Virus record (IMG/VR): IMGVR_UViG_3300023118_000124
Location: 1 to 34,938 of that record
Origin: a virus
Lineage: Duplodnaviria > Caudoviricetes
Length of the DNA stretch: 34,938 nt
Strand: one strand, 5' to 3'
Each line of letters begins with the position of its first letter. Within the stretch, counting starts at the first letter, position 1. The translations under genes and the position numbers were made by a program. This document shows positions 8,670 to 16,679 of this stretch, piece after piece. The notes below the pieces were generated by a model, which was not told the origin of the DNA, searched no databases, and saw only the letters and a program-made list of their open reading frames with translations.

Positions 8670-9162
8670 ACAGCCTCCGAAACGATAGGAGGCAGCGATG
8701 CCTCTGCCTTCATGAAAACAATCCAGTGCGTGCCACCTTTCTTGCCGCTTGGGTGCCCGAACAGGGGCTGCTGGTCGGTAAGCGATAGAATTTGGCTGGT
8801 GCGGATCTGCGTTTCGTTCCACTTGAAAACCAGTACGCCGTCTGTGGCCAACACTCAGAAAAGCCACGCCGCAGGTCTTCCTGCCATGTATTCGGGTTGA
8901 GCACCCCGTACTTAGCCTTCATCCAACTTTCAGCCCCGGCACGTACCAGGTGCGGTGGGTCAAAAGAAACCAGCTTGAAGGCGCCGTCTGCATAGGGAAG
9001 GTCACGAAAATCAAGGGTGACATCGGGGCTGACAGTCAGGGTTCGTCCATCGCACAGGGATTTTTGCTCAGTTCTGATGTCACCGAAGATGACCGCTGGG
9101 TGCTTCTTATCGAACCAAAACATCCGGCTCCCGCAGCATGGGTCAAGGATTGTCTTGATCAT
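8666..9162 (-). pseudogene. Phage SAM-dependent (DPPH, amino-type) DNA methyltransferase, frameshifted
   Basis: ILDPCCGSRMFWFDK..FDPPHL..WQEDLRRGFSEC in one frame; LATDGVLVFKWNETQI..THWIVFMK in another; break near 8850. Confidence 0.85.
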
Positions 9163-11150
9163 GGCTGCTGCTCCAGTTGAGCCAGGCTCAACGCAATCGC
9201 CACCGGCTGCACCCAAATCGACACGTTGCTGAGCATGAACGTCTCCCCAGCCTCGGAAAGCAGCAGCGTCATGCCGAACACATCCGCCATTGCCCGTGCC
9301 GCTGCGCGTGGTACGGCGTTGCCAATCCGCTCCCGGTGCTGGCCGTCGTTGATTCCGTCCAGACGGAAGACTCCCGCCTGTTCAATCTTGCGAACGCGCT
9401 GCATGCGCTCAATCTCATGGGAGGTCTGTGGATCTGCTGACCAGTGATCTTCTGGGTCGAACAGTGATTGCAGCGCGGCCAACTCCAGAGTGGTGAACGG
9501 CCGGTGCCAGGCCCCGTCGAGGCTGGTGATCATGCAGGTCAGTCGATCGTTGTGCGCCGGCATGCGCTGATCGGCAACTGACCAGCGGCCGTTATCGTGA
9601 CAAGCACTGGCAGATACGGCGCCGGCCGGTGCGCTGTATTCGACCACGCCGTAATGCCCGCCAGTCAGGTACGCATCGCCCTTGCTGCGCGACATTCCTG
9701 GGCGAGGATCTGCGATCGATAACGCGCCGCTGGCAACCTGTTGCGAACCAGTCACGGTCTTGGCGCTCTCGCACCAGGGCGTGATCCGCAACTTTTGCGT
9801 GCTGGCATTCGGGTGCCATGTTTTATAGGCGGGATCTGCCACGGCGAAAGCGCCTTGCCCGGTGGTGCTGCCGGCGATGACGGTGCCGGCCGGCTTGCTG
9901 TAGTCGGTGACCAGGTACTTGCCGAAACCCTTGGACGGTTGCCGAGGGTCGGCCACGGCCTGCCCGCCAGAGCTCGGCCCGTGTCCTGCAGTGACAGTGC
10001 CGGCGGTTTGGTCATTGCGTACCACGCGGAACACATTATTGTGGCGCTCGCCGGTCATGCGCGGGTCAGCAACGCTGAACGTCCCTTGCCCCGGGCTGCG
10101 CTGACCGGTTACGACACCGCAGTGGCGGTCATAGGGCAGTACGCCGAATTGGGTGTACTCGAATTTGTTGGTGGGTCGCGGATCTGCCACGGAAAACTTG
10201 CCGTTCATTGGGCGGCTCGCACCTGCAACCACCCCGGCTGTATCGTCCCAATCGACAACCCCGAGTACGCCGTTGTGGTAGTCAGGCACGATCACAAAGT
10301 CGCGTAGGTGCCCGTCCTCGATCGCAAACCGGCTCAGGCTGCGCCAATCCTTCCCGGCCTCGACCAAGGCCAGGCGTACCCATGTTTTCCACTGCAACGC
10401 CGGCACGCGGTGCATCGGCCCAGCCTGATCTATATCGCCTGCCAGGGGCATGCGGCTCAGCACGTCACCGACGGCACGCAGGCTGCGTTTCTCTGGTTCG
10501 TACAGGAACGCCGGCACCTTCTCGACGTGCCTGGCCACCAGCAAGAAGCGCTTGCGGCTCTGGGCCAACCCGCCAATTTCGCCACAGTCGTGGGTGGTTT
10601 CAGCCACCGCGTAGCCGTAGTGCCTTAGTAGCTTGGTGATCTGGTCCAGCAAGTACCGGCCACGAGTGGCCAAGCGCGGTACGTTTTCGAACACGATCAG
10701 CGACACCGGGTTGTGCTTCCAGGCTTCGCACATCAGCCATACGCAACGCAACGTCAGCTCATTGAGCGCCCGGTATTTGGGCGTCTGGCTCATGGTCTCG
10801 GACAAAAGGCCCGAGGCACCCTTGCAGGGACTGCTGATGAACACTGCATCCGGATCTTCGTTGCCGGCAGCGCGGCGCAGATCCTCGGCGGTGGCTTCCT
10901 TCCAACCGGTGGGAGGCTGCTGGCCATGGAACGCGGTGAACTGCTCGCGTGTGAACAGATCCATGAGCGTGCCAGGCACACCGGTCATCATTTGGAAATC
11001 GCGCAACCCGGCGGGGTCGACGTCGACGCCACCCAGGCAGCGCCATTCAGCTTGCACAGGTCCTAGGACCGGTTTGGAGTCGCTGAAACCAGCAGCGCCG
11101 CTGCCGAGGCCGCAGCAAAGATGGAAGTGGGTGAGGGTGCGCTTAAGCAT
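9159..11150 (-). CDS. DNA (cytosine-5) methyltransferase with repeated variable region
   Basis: Start MLKRTL (GGAGG RBS); motif I LCCGLGSG, IV SSPCKG, VI FENVP, VIII QSRKR, X IGNAVP; six ~40-aa ADPR repeats. Confidence 0.92.
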   Translation of the reverse strand: MLKRTLTHFHLCCGLGSGAAGFSDSKPVLGPVQAEWRCLGGVDVDPAGLRDFQMMTGVPGTLMDLFTREQFTAFHGQQPPTGWKEATAEDLRRAAGNEDPDAVFISSPCKGASGLLSETMSQTPKYRALNELTLRCVWLMCEAWKHNPVSLIVFENVPRLATRGRYLLDQITKLLRHYGYAVAETTHDCGEIGGLAQSRKRFLLVARHVEKVPAFLYEPEKRSLRAVGDVLSRMPLAGDIDQAGPMHRVPALQWKTWVRLALVEAGKDWRSLSRFAIEDGHLRDFVIVPDYHNGVLGVVDWDDTAGVVAGASRPMNGKFSVADPRPTNKFEYTQFGVLPYDRHCGVVTGQRSPGQGTFSVADPRMTGERHNNVFRVVRNDQTAGTVTAGHGPSSGGQAVADPRQPSKGFGKYLVTDYSKPAGTVIAGSTTGQGAFAVADPAYKTWHPNASTQKLRITPWCESAKTVTGSQQVASGALSIADPRPGMSRSKGDAYLTGGHYGVVEYSAPAGAVSASACHDNGRWSVADQRMPAHNDRLTCMITSLDGAWHRPFTTLELAALQSLFDPEDHWSADPQTSHEIERMQRVRKIEQAGVFRLDGINDGQHRERIGNAVPRAAARAMADVFGMTLLLSEAGETFMLSNVSIWVQPVAIALSLAQLEQQP

Positions 11151-11427
11151 GGGAGGCCTCCCGCGCGGCAAAGCAGCAATTCCCCGAAACGTGCATATAC
11201 CCCACGACAGGCTGCGCGGGCGGGCGTCCCGAAGCGGTAAGCGTTGCATCACTGACCGCTGCCCCGCGCAGCTTTTCGTGGGGTATACGTGCCTCGGCAG
11301 TGGCGCTGGAAGGAGCAATAATGCCTGCTGCTGCGCAGCAGAGACTGTTTGTTTCTGACGTGTCGACACCACTGGTGCTGCGGAGCAAAGCGGGCAGGGC
11401 GCAGGTGTTTTCCTGTTGGTTCTTCAT
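11143..11427 (-). CDS. Hypothetical protein
   Basis: MKNQQENTC... fills the gap with overlaps at both ends. Confidence 0.5.
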   Translation of the reverse strand: MKNQQENTCALPALLRSTSGVDTSETNSLCCAAAGIIAPSSATAEARIPHEKLRGAAVSDATLTASGRPPAQPVVGYMHVSGNCCFAAREASHA

Positions 11428-11966
11428 GCCGCTTTCCTCCGATGTTCGACAGCGAGTTGGTCCATCAGGCGCTGGTGGTACGTGAGTCGGGCTTCTGCGG
11501 CAGGCCATGGACGGATGATTTCGGCCATAGGTTGTATGCCGACCAAACAATCCCAGATAGCCGGATCGGTTGGCATGAGATCGCGGCGTTCGGTGGCCAG
11601 CGCAATCAAGTCGGCCTGGTGAACGCATGCAGGAAGTTCTGCAGCAATATCGAAGCGCTGGCACACGCGTTGCCATACCCAGTCTTCAAAGTCCTGGTAT
11701 GCATGTATCCACTGCTTAAGTGGCTTGGTCATGTCGCCCAGGTACGCCTCTGGCGCGTCGTGGAGCAAGGCGGCGAGCTTGTGTTCTTCCGGCACCAGCT
11801 CGGCGACGATGCAGCTGTGTTGCGCCACGCTGTAGAATTCGCGGCTGTGCCCGTTGAAGCGGCAGAGGTGTGCCAGTGAGTGGGAGATGTCCCGGGGATC
11901 GATCATATCGGCGTCAGGCTCGAACAGATCAAAACGTTTGCCGGTGTGGGTGAGGATCCAGTTCAT
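11424..11966 (-). CDS. HD-domain phosphohydrolase (YfbR/YfdR-like)
   Basis: DISHSLAHLCRFNGH..YSVAQHS..ALLHDAPEAYLGD..ADLIALATERRDL. Confidence 0.9.
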   Translation of the reverse strand: MNWILTHTGKRFDLFEPDADMIDPRDISHSLAHLCRFNGHSREFYSVAQHSCIVAELVPEEHKLAALLHDAPEAYLGDMTKPLKQWIHAYQDFEDWVWQRVCQRFDIAAELPACVHQADLIALATERRDLMPTDPAIWDCLVGIQPMAEIIRPWPAAEARLTYHQRLMDQLAVEHRRKAA

Positions 11967-12184
11967 GCGGCCTCCTTCACGAGATCTGCCAGCAACAGGG
12001 CATTGTCAGCTGCCTTATGCAACTCGCGCAGGGCGTCGTAACCGATCAGCGCTTTCAACTGCCGGTCGAACTCTTTGTTATGGCGAGTCACTGCGCTCAG
12101 TTCCTTCATGGCCTTGGTGTACTGCTGTTGCAGTGTTCCGGCGGCCTGGGGCGTCAGACGCAGCGCTGGGATTGGGCGGCTCAT
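11963..12184 (-). CDS. Hypothetical protein
   Basis: 73-aa ORF translationally coupled on both sides. Confidence 0.65.
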   Translation of the reverse strand: MSRPIPALRLTPQAAGTLQQQYTKAMKELSAVTRHNKEFDRQLKALIGYDALRELHKAADNALLLADLVKEAA

Positions 12185-12579
12185 GCTGGATCCTCCTGGT
12201 GAAAGGAATCCAACTCGGCAGCCATGCTCAAAGCGTGGTCACGCAAAACGAGTGCTTGAGTAGCGTGGCTTTCCGAATTGATCGCTTGAAAGAAATCGGC
12301 GGCGAGTTTGAGTTTTCCCGCGATGGCCGTCAGGATCTGACGATCCTGGGGTTCCCTGATCAAAATCAGTTCCAGGCGTTCGCATCGGCGCGTGGCCTTT
12401 TCAAGAGCGGTAGCACTCGACGACTCGCCCTCTTCAATGCCCTCGATGTAGCCATTAGTGTGGCCATCGTCGTAACCTTCGCTCCAGCCATCCTTCAGTC
12501 CGCCTCGATACCCGACCCAGTACAGAATGGCGAGGGCGATTACGAAGCTGATCAGGGCGAAAATTTCAAATGCTGTCAT
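12181..12579 (-). CDS. Hypothetical membrane-anchored protein
   Basis: N-terminal TM helix, GxxxG-type repeats (GYRGGLKDGWSEGYDDG), AAGGAG RBS. Confidence 0.75.
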   Translation of the reverse strand: MTAFEIFALISFVIALAILYWVGYRGGLKDGWSEGYDDGHTNGYIEGIEEGESSSATALEKATRRCERLELILIREPQDRQILTAIAGKLKLAADFFQAINSESHATQALVLRDHALSMAAELDSFHQEDPA

Positions 12580-12668
12580 TTGGTTTGCTCCTTGGGTTGT
12601 ATACCGCTTGGCTGGTGGTGCAGCGGTTGCGGTGGTGCAACTGTTATCGACGTGTCTCGGTCAAAAAG

Positions 12669-12989
12669 TCATCGCTCGTCTGGCTGGGGTTGAGTGTTTG
12701 TCAGCTCCTCGTCCGCAGCATCTGCCTGTGTATCAATGAAGATGGCCAGATGGCGGATGTCGATAAAGCGGGGGCGCTTGGCGCTGGTATCCAGAGTGGT
12801 GATGGGTAGCGCTACACGGCCGCTTGTCAGTGCACGAGTGAAGTTGTCCTGGTTGAGATTGCTGAAGTAGCGTTCACGTACCTGTTCGACGGGTACGAGC
12901 AGATCCCCGAGCGTTCGGTACAACAGGTCAACGGTCTGACTTCTGGGCGCTATCGGCAGGCGCAGTTCGCGCTGTACGGAGGCCGTCAT
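12669..12989 (-). CDS. Pyocin activator PrtN-family protein
   Basis: TVDLLYRTLGDLLVPVEQVRERYFSNLN..LPITTLDTSAKRPRFIDIRHLAIFID. Confidence 0.85.
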   Translation of the reverse strand: MTASVQRELRLPIAPRSQTVDLLYRTLGDLLVPVEQVRERYFSNLNQDNFTRALTSGRVALPITTLDTSAKRPRFIDIRHLAIFIDTQADAADEELTNTQPQPDER

Positions 12990-13453
12990 GCTGCATTCGC
13001 CTTATCTACTTGCGCCTTGAGCGTGCCGAGCGTCAGCTTTCCAGATTTACGTCGCGTCGGTTCTTTAGTGCGGGGTTGGTGGCTCGCTCGAATGTCTCGG
13101 TTGATGGCTGCCAGTGCTGTACGTGCCGTGCTGGCAAACGCTACGAAACGCGGTAGTGGTGAGGTACTGTCTAGCGGTTCGAGAACGGCACCCAGTTCAA
13201 CGCCTTCAATGCCATTGCCAAGGCGCAGCATGGCTCGAGCACGGTAGTTGGGGCCGAGATCGATCACGAGTTGGTCGAGAGCGGCCGCCAGTTGAAGATG
13301 CTCGATTTGCAGCGGTGCGCCGGTGATGGTGAGGGAGACGTCGGCGGCAGTTGCGGCCAGGGTGAGGTTGGCAAGAATTTTCTCAGCCGTACGACGTTCT
13401 TCAGGCAGGTTCAGTAGTTCGATCAGTAGGGTGTCAATCAGTTTGCGGTCCAT
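12986..13453 (-). CDS. Hypothetical protein
   Basis: MDRKLIDTLLIELL..., GAGGG RBS. Confidence 0.65.
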   Translation of the reverse strand: MDRKLIDTLLIELLNLPEERRTAEKILANLTLAATAADVSLTITGAPLQIEHLQLAAALDQLVIDLGPNYRARAMLRLGNGIEGVELGAVLEPLDSTSPLPRFVAFASTARTALAAINRDIRASHQPRTKEPTRRKSGKLTLGTLKAQVDKANAA

Positions 13454-13616
13454 GTGTGTTCCCTCGGGGGTGGTTCCATGCGATCTCAACGTGGGTACGT
13501 ACCAGAGCGCGTAGGTGCTCCGGTACTTCTGCCAGCGCGGCGACGCGTTCCTCGCGGGTTCGCATCGCCGTGATCTGGCGGGCGTACTGGCGCGGCCATG
13601 CTTCGGGCTGTCTCAT
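13434..13616 (-). CDS. Hypothetical phage protein
   Basis: WPRQYARQI..REERVAALAEVPEHLRALVRTHVEIAW. Confidence 0.7.
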   Translation of the reverse strand: MRQPEAWPRQYARQITAMRTREERVAALAEVPEHLRALVRTHVEIAWNHPRGNTHGPQTD

Positions 13617-13906
13617 TACGCGACTTCTCGCGGATCAGGCACGGCGGGTGGGGCTGGGCGCTCAATACCGATCTGCCTGGCCAGCCAGGAAATGCCAATA
13701 TCGGTCACGCGCGTAGTGCGCTTGTACTGCATGCCATGCTTCTCGTGAAACCAGCGACTTTCACGGGTGACCAAAAAGTCTTTGGTCAGGGCAGGGTTGG
13801 TTGGAAGGTTGCGTTGATCCAGCAGGCCTTTGTCGCGCATGCGTTTCATCAACTCGCGGTGCCCAAGGCCCAGGCGTTCGGCTACGCGTTTGAGGGATAG
13901 GCTCAT
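13616..13906 (-). CDS. Phage antirepressor KilAC-domain protein
   Basis: LKRVAERLGLGHRELMKRMRDKGLL..NLP..TTRVTDIGISWLA. Confidence 0.8.
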   Translation of the reverse strand: MSLSLKRVAERLGLGHRELMKRMRDKGLLDQRNLPTNPALTKDFLVTRESRWFHEKHGMQYKRTTRVTDIGISWLARQIGIERPAPPAVPDPREVA

Positions 13907-13915
13907 GGCGGCACC

Positions 13916-14473
13916 TCATGCAGCGGCTGCGAGGCTATTGCGGTAGCCCTGCAGGAATTGGTTGAGGTATTCAGCCAGGATTGCGTGGGCACGCTGGTTG
14001 TCGGCGGGCAGGGTGAACAAGTAGCCGGCGTCGTCGAGTTCGAGCGTGGCGATATAACCGCCATGTGGGTTGCGCTGGATCTGAAGTGACGGCTCTAGTT
14101 CATCGGCGATAAGGTGGTAGATGCCGCGCCCACGTCGGATAGCCAGACGTAGGGTGGCCTCTATATCGCTGACAGCTTCATGCTTATCTACGTCGGGCAC
14201 ACCGGTAGGGCTGCGGCCATTGGCGATACCTTCAATAAAGCTCGCAACGCGCGTGGCGTTGTTTTTGCGGTGCTTATCAAGGGTGACGGAATTGAGCGTC
14301 CCGCAGATCTGCACCAAGACCTTGATGCCGGCATTGCACTGATCGATCTCGACCCGAGCCGCTACGGATTGGCAGCCATCACACGAATGCAGGATGTGAT
14401 TGAACGTGCCGCTAAGGTTTACCTGGGCCTGTAGACGGATGTAGGCGCTGGCATTGAGAGATAGTCTACTCAT
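13916..14473 (-). CDS. Hypothetical protein
   Basis: 185-aa ORF, GGAGGG RBS. Confidence 0.65.
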   Translation of the reverse strand: MSRLSLNASAYIRLQAQVNLSGTFNHILHSCDGCQSVAARVEIDQCNAGIKVLVQICGTLNSVTLDKHRKNNATRVASFIEGIANGRSPTGVPDVDKHEAVSDIEATLRLAIRRGRGIYHLIADELEPSLQIQRNPHGGYIATLELDDAGYLFTLPADNQRAHAILAEYLNQFLQGYRNSLAAAA

Positions 14474-14640
14474 GCTGCACGCCCTCCATCGTCTGGATTG
14501 AAGGGGGTAGGAGTTGGGCTGGTAGTTGATTTGCGTTTAGTGGGGGCGAAGGCGCAGCCGTGGATTATGGCTAGGCGGCGCACCTCGAAAACGCGGCTTT
14601 CTGGGCACGTTGGTAGGACGTGCAAGGTTGCGGTTTGCAT
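14470..14640 (-). CDS. 56-aa protein, first gene of the leftward early operon
   Basis: Manual translation MQTATLHVLPTCPESRVFEVRRLAIIHGCAFAPTKRKSTTSPTPTPFNPDDGGRAA*; GAGG RBS; ATGA overlap with next gene; below ORF-track cutoff. Confidence 0.7.
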   Translation of the reverse strand: MQTATLHVLPTCPESRVFEVRRLAIIHGCAFAPTKRKSTTSPTPTPFNPDDGGRAA

Positions 14641-14676
14641 GGGAGTTGCCTCGCTCTGTGGTGGGAGAGTGAGGCA

Positions 14677-14705
14677 ATTAAAGTTCTCTTAACTTTTTAA
14701 GTCAA
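14677..14705 (-). promoter_or_regulatory. PL-like sigma70 promoter
   Basis: TTGACT-17 nt-TTTAAT on minus strand. Confidence 0.75.
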
Positions 14706-14738
14706 GATCGCTTAATGTATTTTGTTAAGAGATCTACA
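14679..14738. promoter_or_regulatory. OL-like operator triplet (TTAAG-N4-CTTAA)
   Basis: TAAAGTTCTCTTAA (14679), TCAAGATCGCTTAA (14702), TTAAGAGATCTACA (14725): exact 23-bp period, overlapping PL. Confidence 0.75.
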
Positions 14739-14739
14739 G

Positions 14740-15396
14740 CTAGAGGGCTCCAGCGTGCCATACGGCCCGTCCGATGATGAGTAGATGACCAATGCTTGTA
14801 TCGGTAGCGCTCTCATCCGGATAAGCGCGTTTGTCCTCGTTGTCGCTTCGAATTATCCAACCGTTGGTGAGCGTGTGGACTAAGCGCTTGATGCTGATGT
14901 CTCCGTCTGGGCGCTGAATTGCATAGATTCTGCCGTTCAACGGCTCGCGCTGGCCTTCGTCAATCAGCAGCACATCATCATCAGCAATGGTCGGGAACAT
15001 GCTCATTCCTGTGCTGTAGATGACCTTGAGGTTCTTTTCCTTCAAGCCCATTCGGGTAAGCCAGTCTCTCCTAAACATTAGGCCGCCGAGGTCTTCTATG
15101 TGGTGGTTTGTGTGACCCGGGCCTGCACCCGCCTTGGCGGTGAATTGGGGAATCAGCACATGGCCCTCCTCGAGGGCACCGGCGTCATATTTGTCCCCTA
15201 TGCCTTCGGCAAGCCACTGTGCTGAGAACCCGGTAGCGCGTGCGAATAGGAAAAGATTTTCAGCTTTGAGGCTCCCGTCTCCCTGGGCTAACTGGCTAAT
15301 TCTGGCAGCACTCAGGTTGGACTCTATGGCCAAGACGCTGGCTTTCTTTCCGCACTTGGAAATGGCGTATGCGATTCTTTCTGCTGGAGTATTCAT
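14740..15396 (-). CDS. cI: CI-like repressor (HTH + S24 peptidase; PrtR-like)
   Basis: N-terminal HTH, AGAG cleavage region, GMSMFPTI (Ser), SIKRL (Lys), IIGRAVW. Confidence 0.92.
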   Translation of the reverse strand: MNTPAERIAYAISKCGKKASVLAIESNLSAARISQLAQGDGSLKAENLFLFARATGFSAQWLAEGIGDKYDAGALEEGHVLIPQFTAKAGAGPGHTNHHIEDLGGLMFRRDWLTRMGLKEKNLKVIYSTGMSMFPTIADDDVLLIDEGQREPLNGRIYAIQRPDGDISIKRLVHTLTNGWIIRSDNEDKRAYPDESATDTSIGHLLIIGRAVWHAGAL

Positions 15397-15465
15397 TAAG
15401 CTAGCTTAAGGCTTACTTTGTTTGGAGTCCTTCATTTGCTTGCCAAATAAGTTAAGTGTACTTAC
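15396..15465. promoter_or_regulatory. OR-like operators
   Basis: Perfect palindrome TTAAGCTAGCTTAA (15396-15409) and TTAAGTGTACTTAC (15452-15465), same consensus as OL. Confidence 0.7.
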
Positions 15466-15468
15466 TGT
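15440..15468 (+). promoter_or_regulatory. PR-like promoter
   Basis: TTGCCA-17 nt-TACTGT upstream of cro. Confidence 0.6.
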
Positions 15469-15494
15469 ATTGGGCAGGCAAACAGGAGAGCACC

Positions 15495-15683
15495 ATGCTC
15501 ACGACAGACGTAATCGCCTTCTTCGGAGGGAAATCTAAAGTGGCTGCGGCTCTGAAAGTCTCCCCCGCTGCAGTATCGCAATGGGGTACTGAGCCGCCGC
15601 AGTCACGCCAATACCAGGTTCAAGTGCTTACAAATGGAAAGCTCCGGGCGACAGTTAAGGCGTCAACCCAGCAAGCCGCTTGA
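15495..15683 (+). CDS. cro: Cro-like repressor
   Basis: MLTTDVIAFFGGKSKVAAALKVSPAAVSQWG..PQSRQYQVQVLTNGKL; AGGAG RBS; divergent from cI. Confidence 0.9.
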   Translation: MLTTDVIAFFGGKSKVAAALKVSPAAVSQWGTEPPQSRQYQVQVLTNGKLRATVKASTQQAA

Positions 15684-15958
15684 ATGAAGTAAAGGGCAGA
15701 GCGGCGCGGAGCAAACCAATACCACGCGCCGTTCTACCACCCCCCTAGGGCACGGATGCCTTGGGTTGCCTGCTAACCCACCACGGTCTGCAGGCTGTAA
15801 CGACAGGGCACATGCGGAGCGTGAGCCTTGCCATTGGGGTGCAGCCGGGTTTTCTACCACAGAGCAACCGGCTGCATGCGACCACCTGTGAGTGACCACG
15901 GCACAACTGTACCAAACAGGCATGCGGCGGTCACTGGCAGAGTTTTTGGAGTTTTGCC

Positions 15959-16468
15959 ATGAACCGTAAACAGTTCAATTCCATTGAGCGCGCACGGCGT
16001 TCGCTGTTGACTCTACCGCAAGCTTTGCTCCACGCCGCACGTGATTATCCGGGCGGCGCCACTGCCATTGCCGCTATCGACGGCGGAAACGCCACCACTC
16101 TCAATCATAAGCTGAGCCTGACCAATACCAGCCACACGCCTAACATTTGCGATCTTGAATTGGTGCTGGATGCCACGCGCGATCCGCGCATCGTAGATGC
16201 GTTGCTGCATCCCATTGGTTGGGTGGGAATCGACGTTTCCGAGTTGAGCGACACCGACACGGCGCAGTCGTTAATGGCAGGCATTGGCGAGTTGCTTTCT
16301 CGTGAGGGAGAGTTAGCCACACATGTATCGACCTCATTGTCCGATGACAAGTTGGACGATGACGAACTGGCTGAGTTTGAACTGCTGGCCGAGCGCATGG
16401 TGCAGGCGGTGTTCAAGTTGCGCGCGGTACTCCGCAAGATGCATGCGGAGGATCTGACCTATGTCTGA
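15959..16468 (+). CDS. Phage CII-family regulatory protein
   Basis: AARDYPGGATAIA..TLNHKLS..HTP; position after cro. Confidence 0.75.
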   Translation: MNRKQFNSIERARRSLLTLPQALLHAARDYPGGATAIAAIDGGNATTLNHKLSLTNTSHTPNICDLELVLDATRDPRIVDALLHPIGWVGIDVSELSDTDTAQSLMAGIGELLSREGELATHVSTSLSDDKLDDDELAEFELLAERMVQAVFKLRAVLRKMHAEDLTYV

Positions 16469-16679
16469 TAACGCAGATGTGGCAGATAACGTCATTGCTC
16501 TTAATCTCGCAGTGGCCATGGCCGCCCGGCCTATTGCCAATCCAGGCCAATGTACGCTCGAGTGCGTGGACTGCGGGGATGTCATCCTAGAGGCTCGGCG
16601 GTTGGCAATGCTTGATCGCGGCTGTACGCGCTGCACTGACTGCCAGGACCTGGCAGATCGGCGTGGGGTACGGGCATGA
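16461..16679 (+). CDS. TraR/DksA C4 zinc-finger protein (PA0612-like)
   Basis: MSDNADVA..CVDCGDVILEARRLA..CTRCTDCQ. Confidence 0.88.
   Translation: MSDNADVADNVIALNLAVAMAARPIANPGQCTLECVDCGDVILEARRLAMLDRGCTRCTDCQDLADRRGVRA

Noticed and set aside
11854-12693. 279-aa plus-strand ORF
   Set aside because: Antisense to coupled minus-strand genes, no motifs
15684-15958. CRISPR-like array from repeated ACCAC
   Set aside because: Repeats only 5-10 nt, irregular spacing, no cas genes
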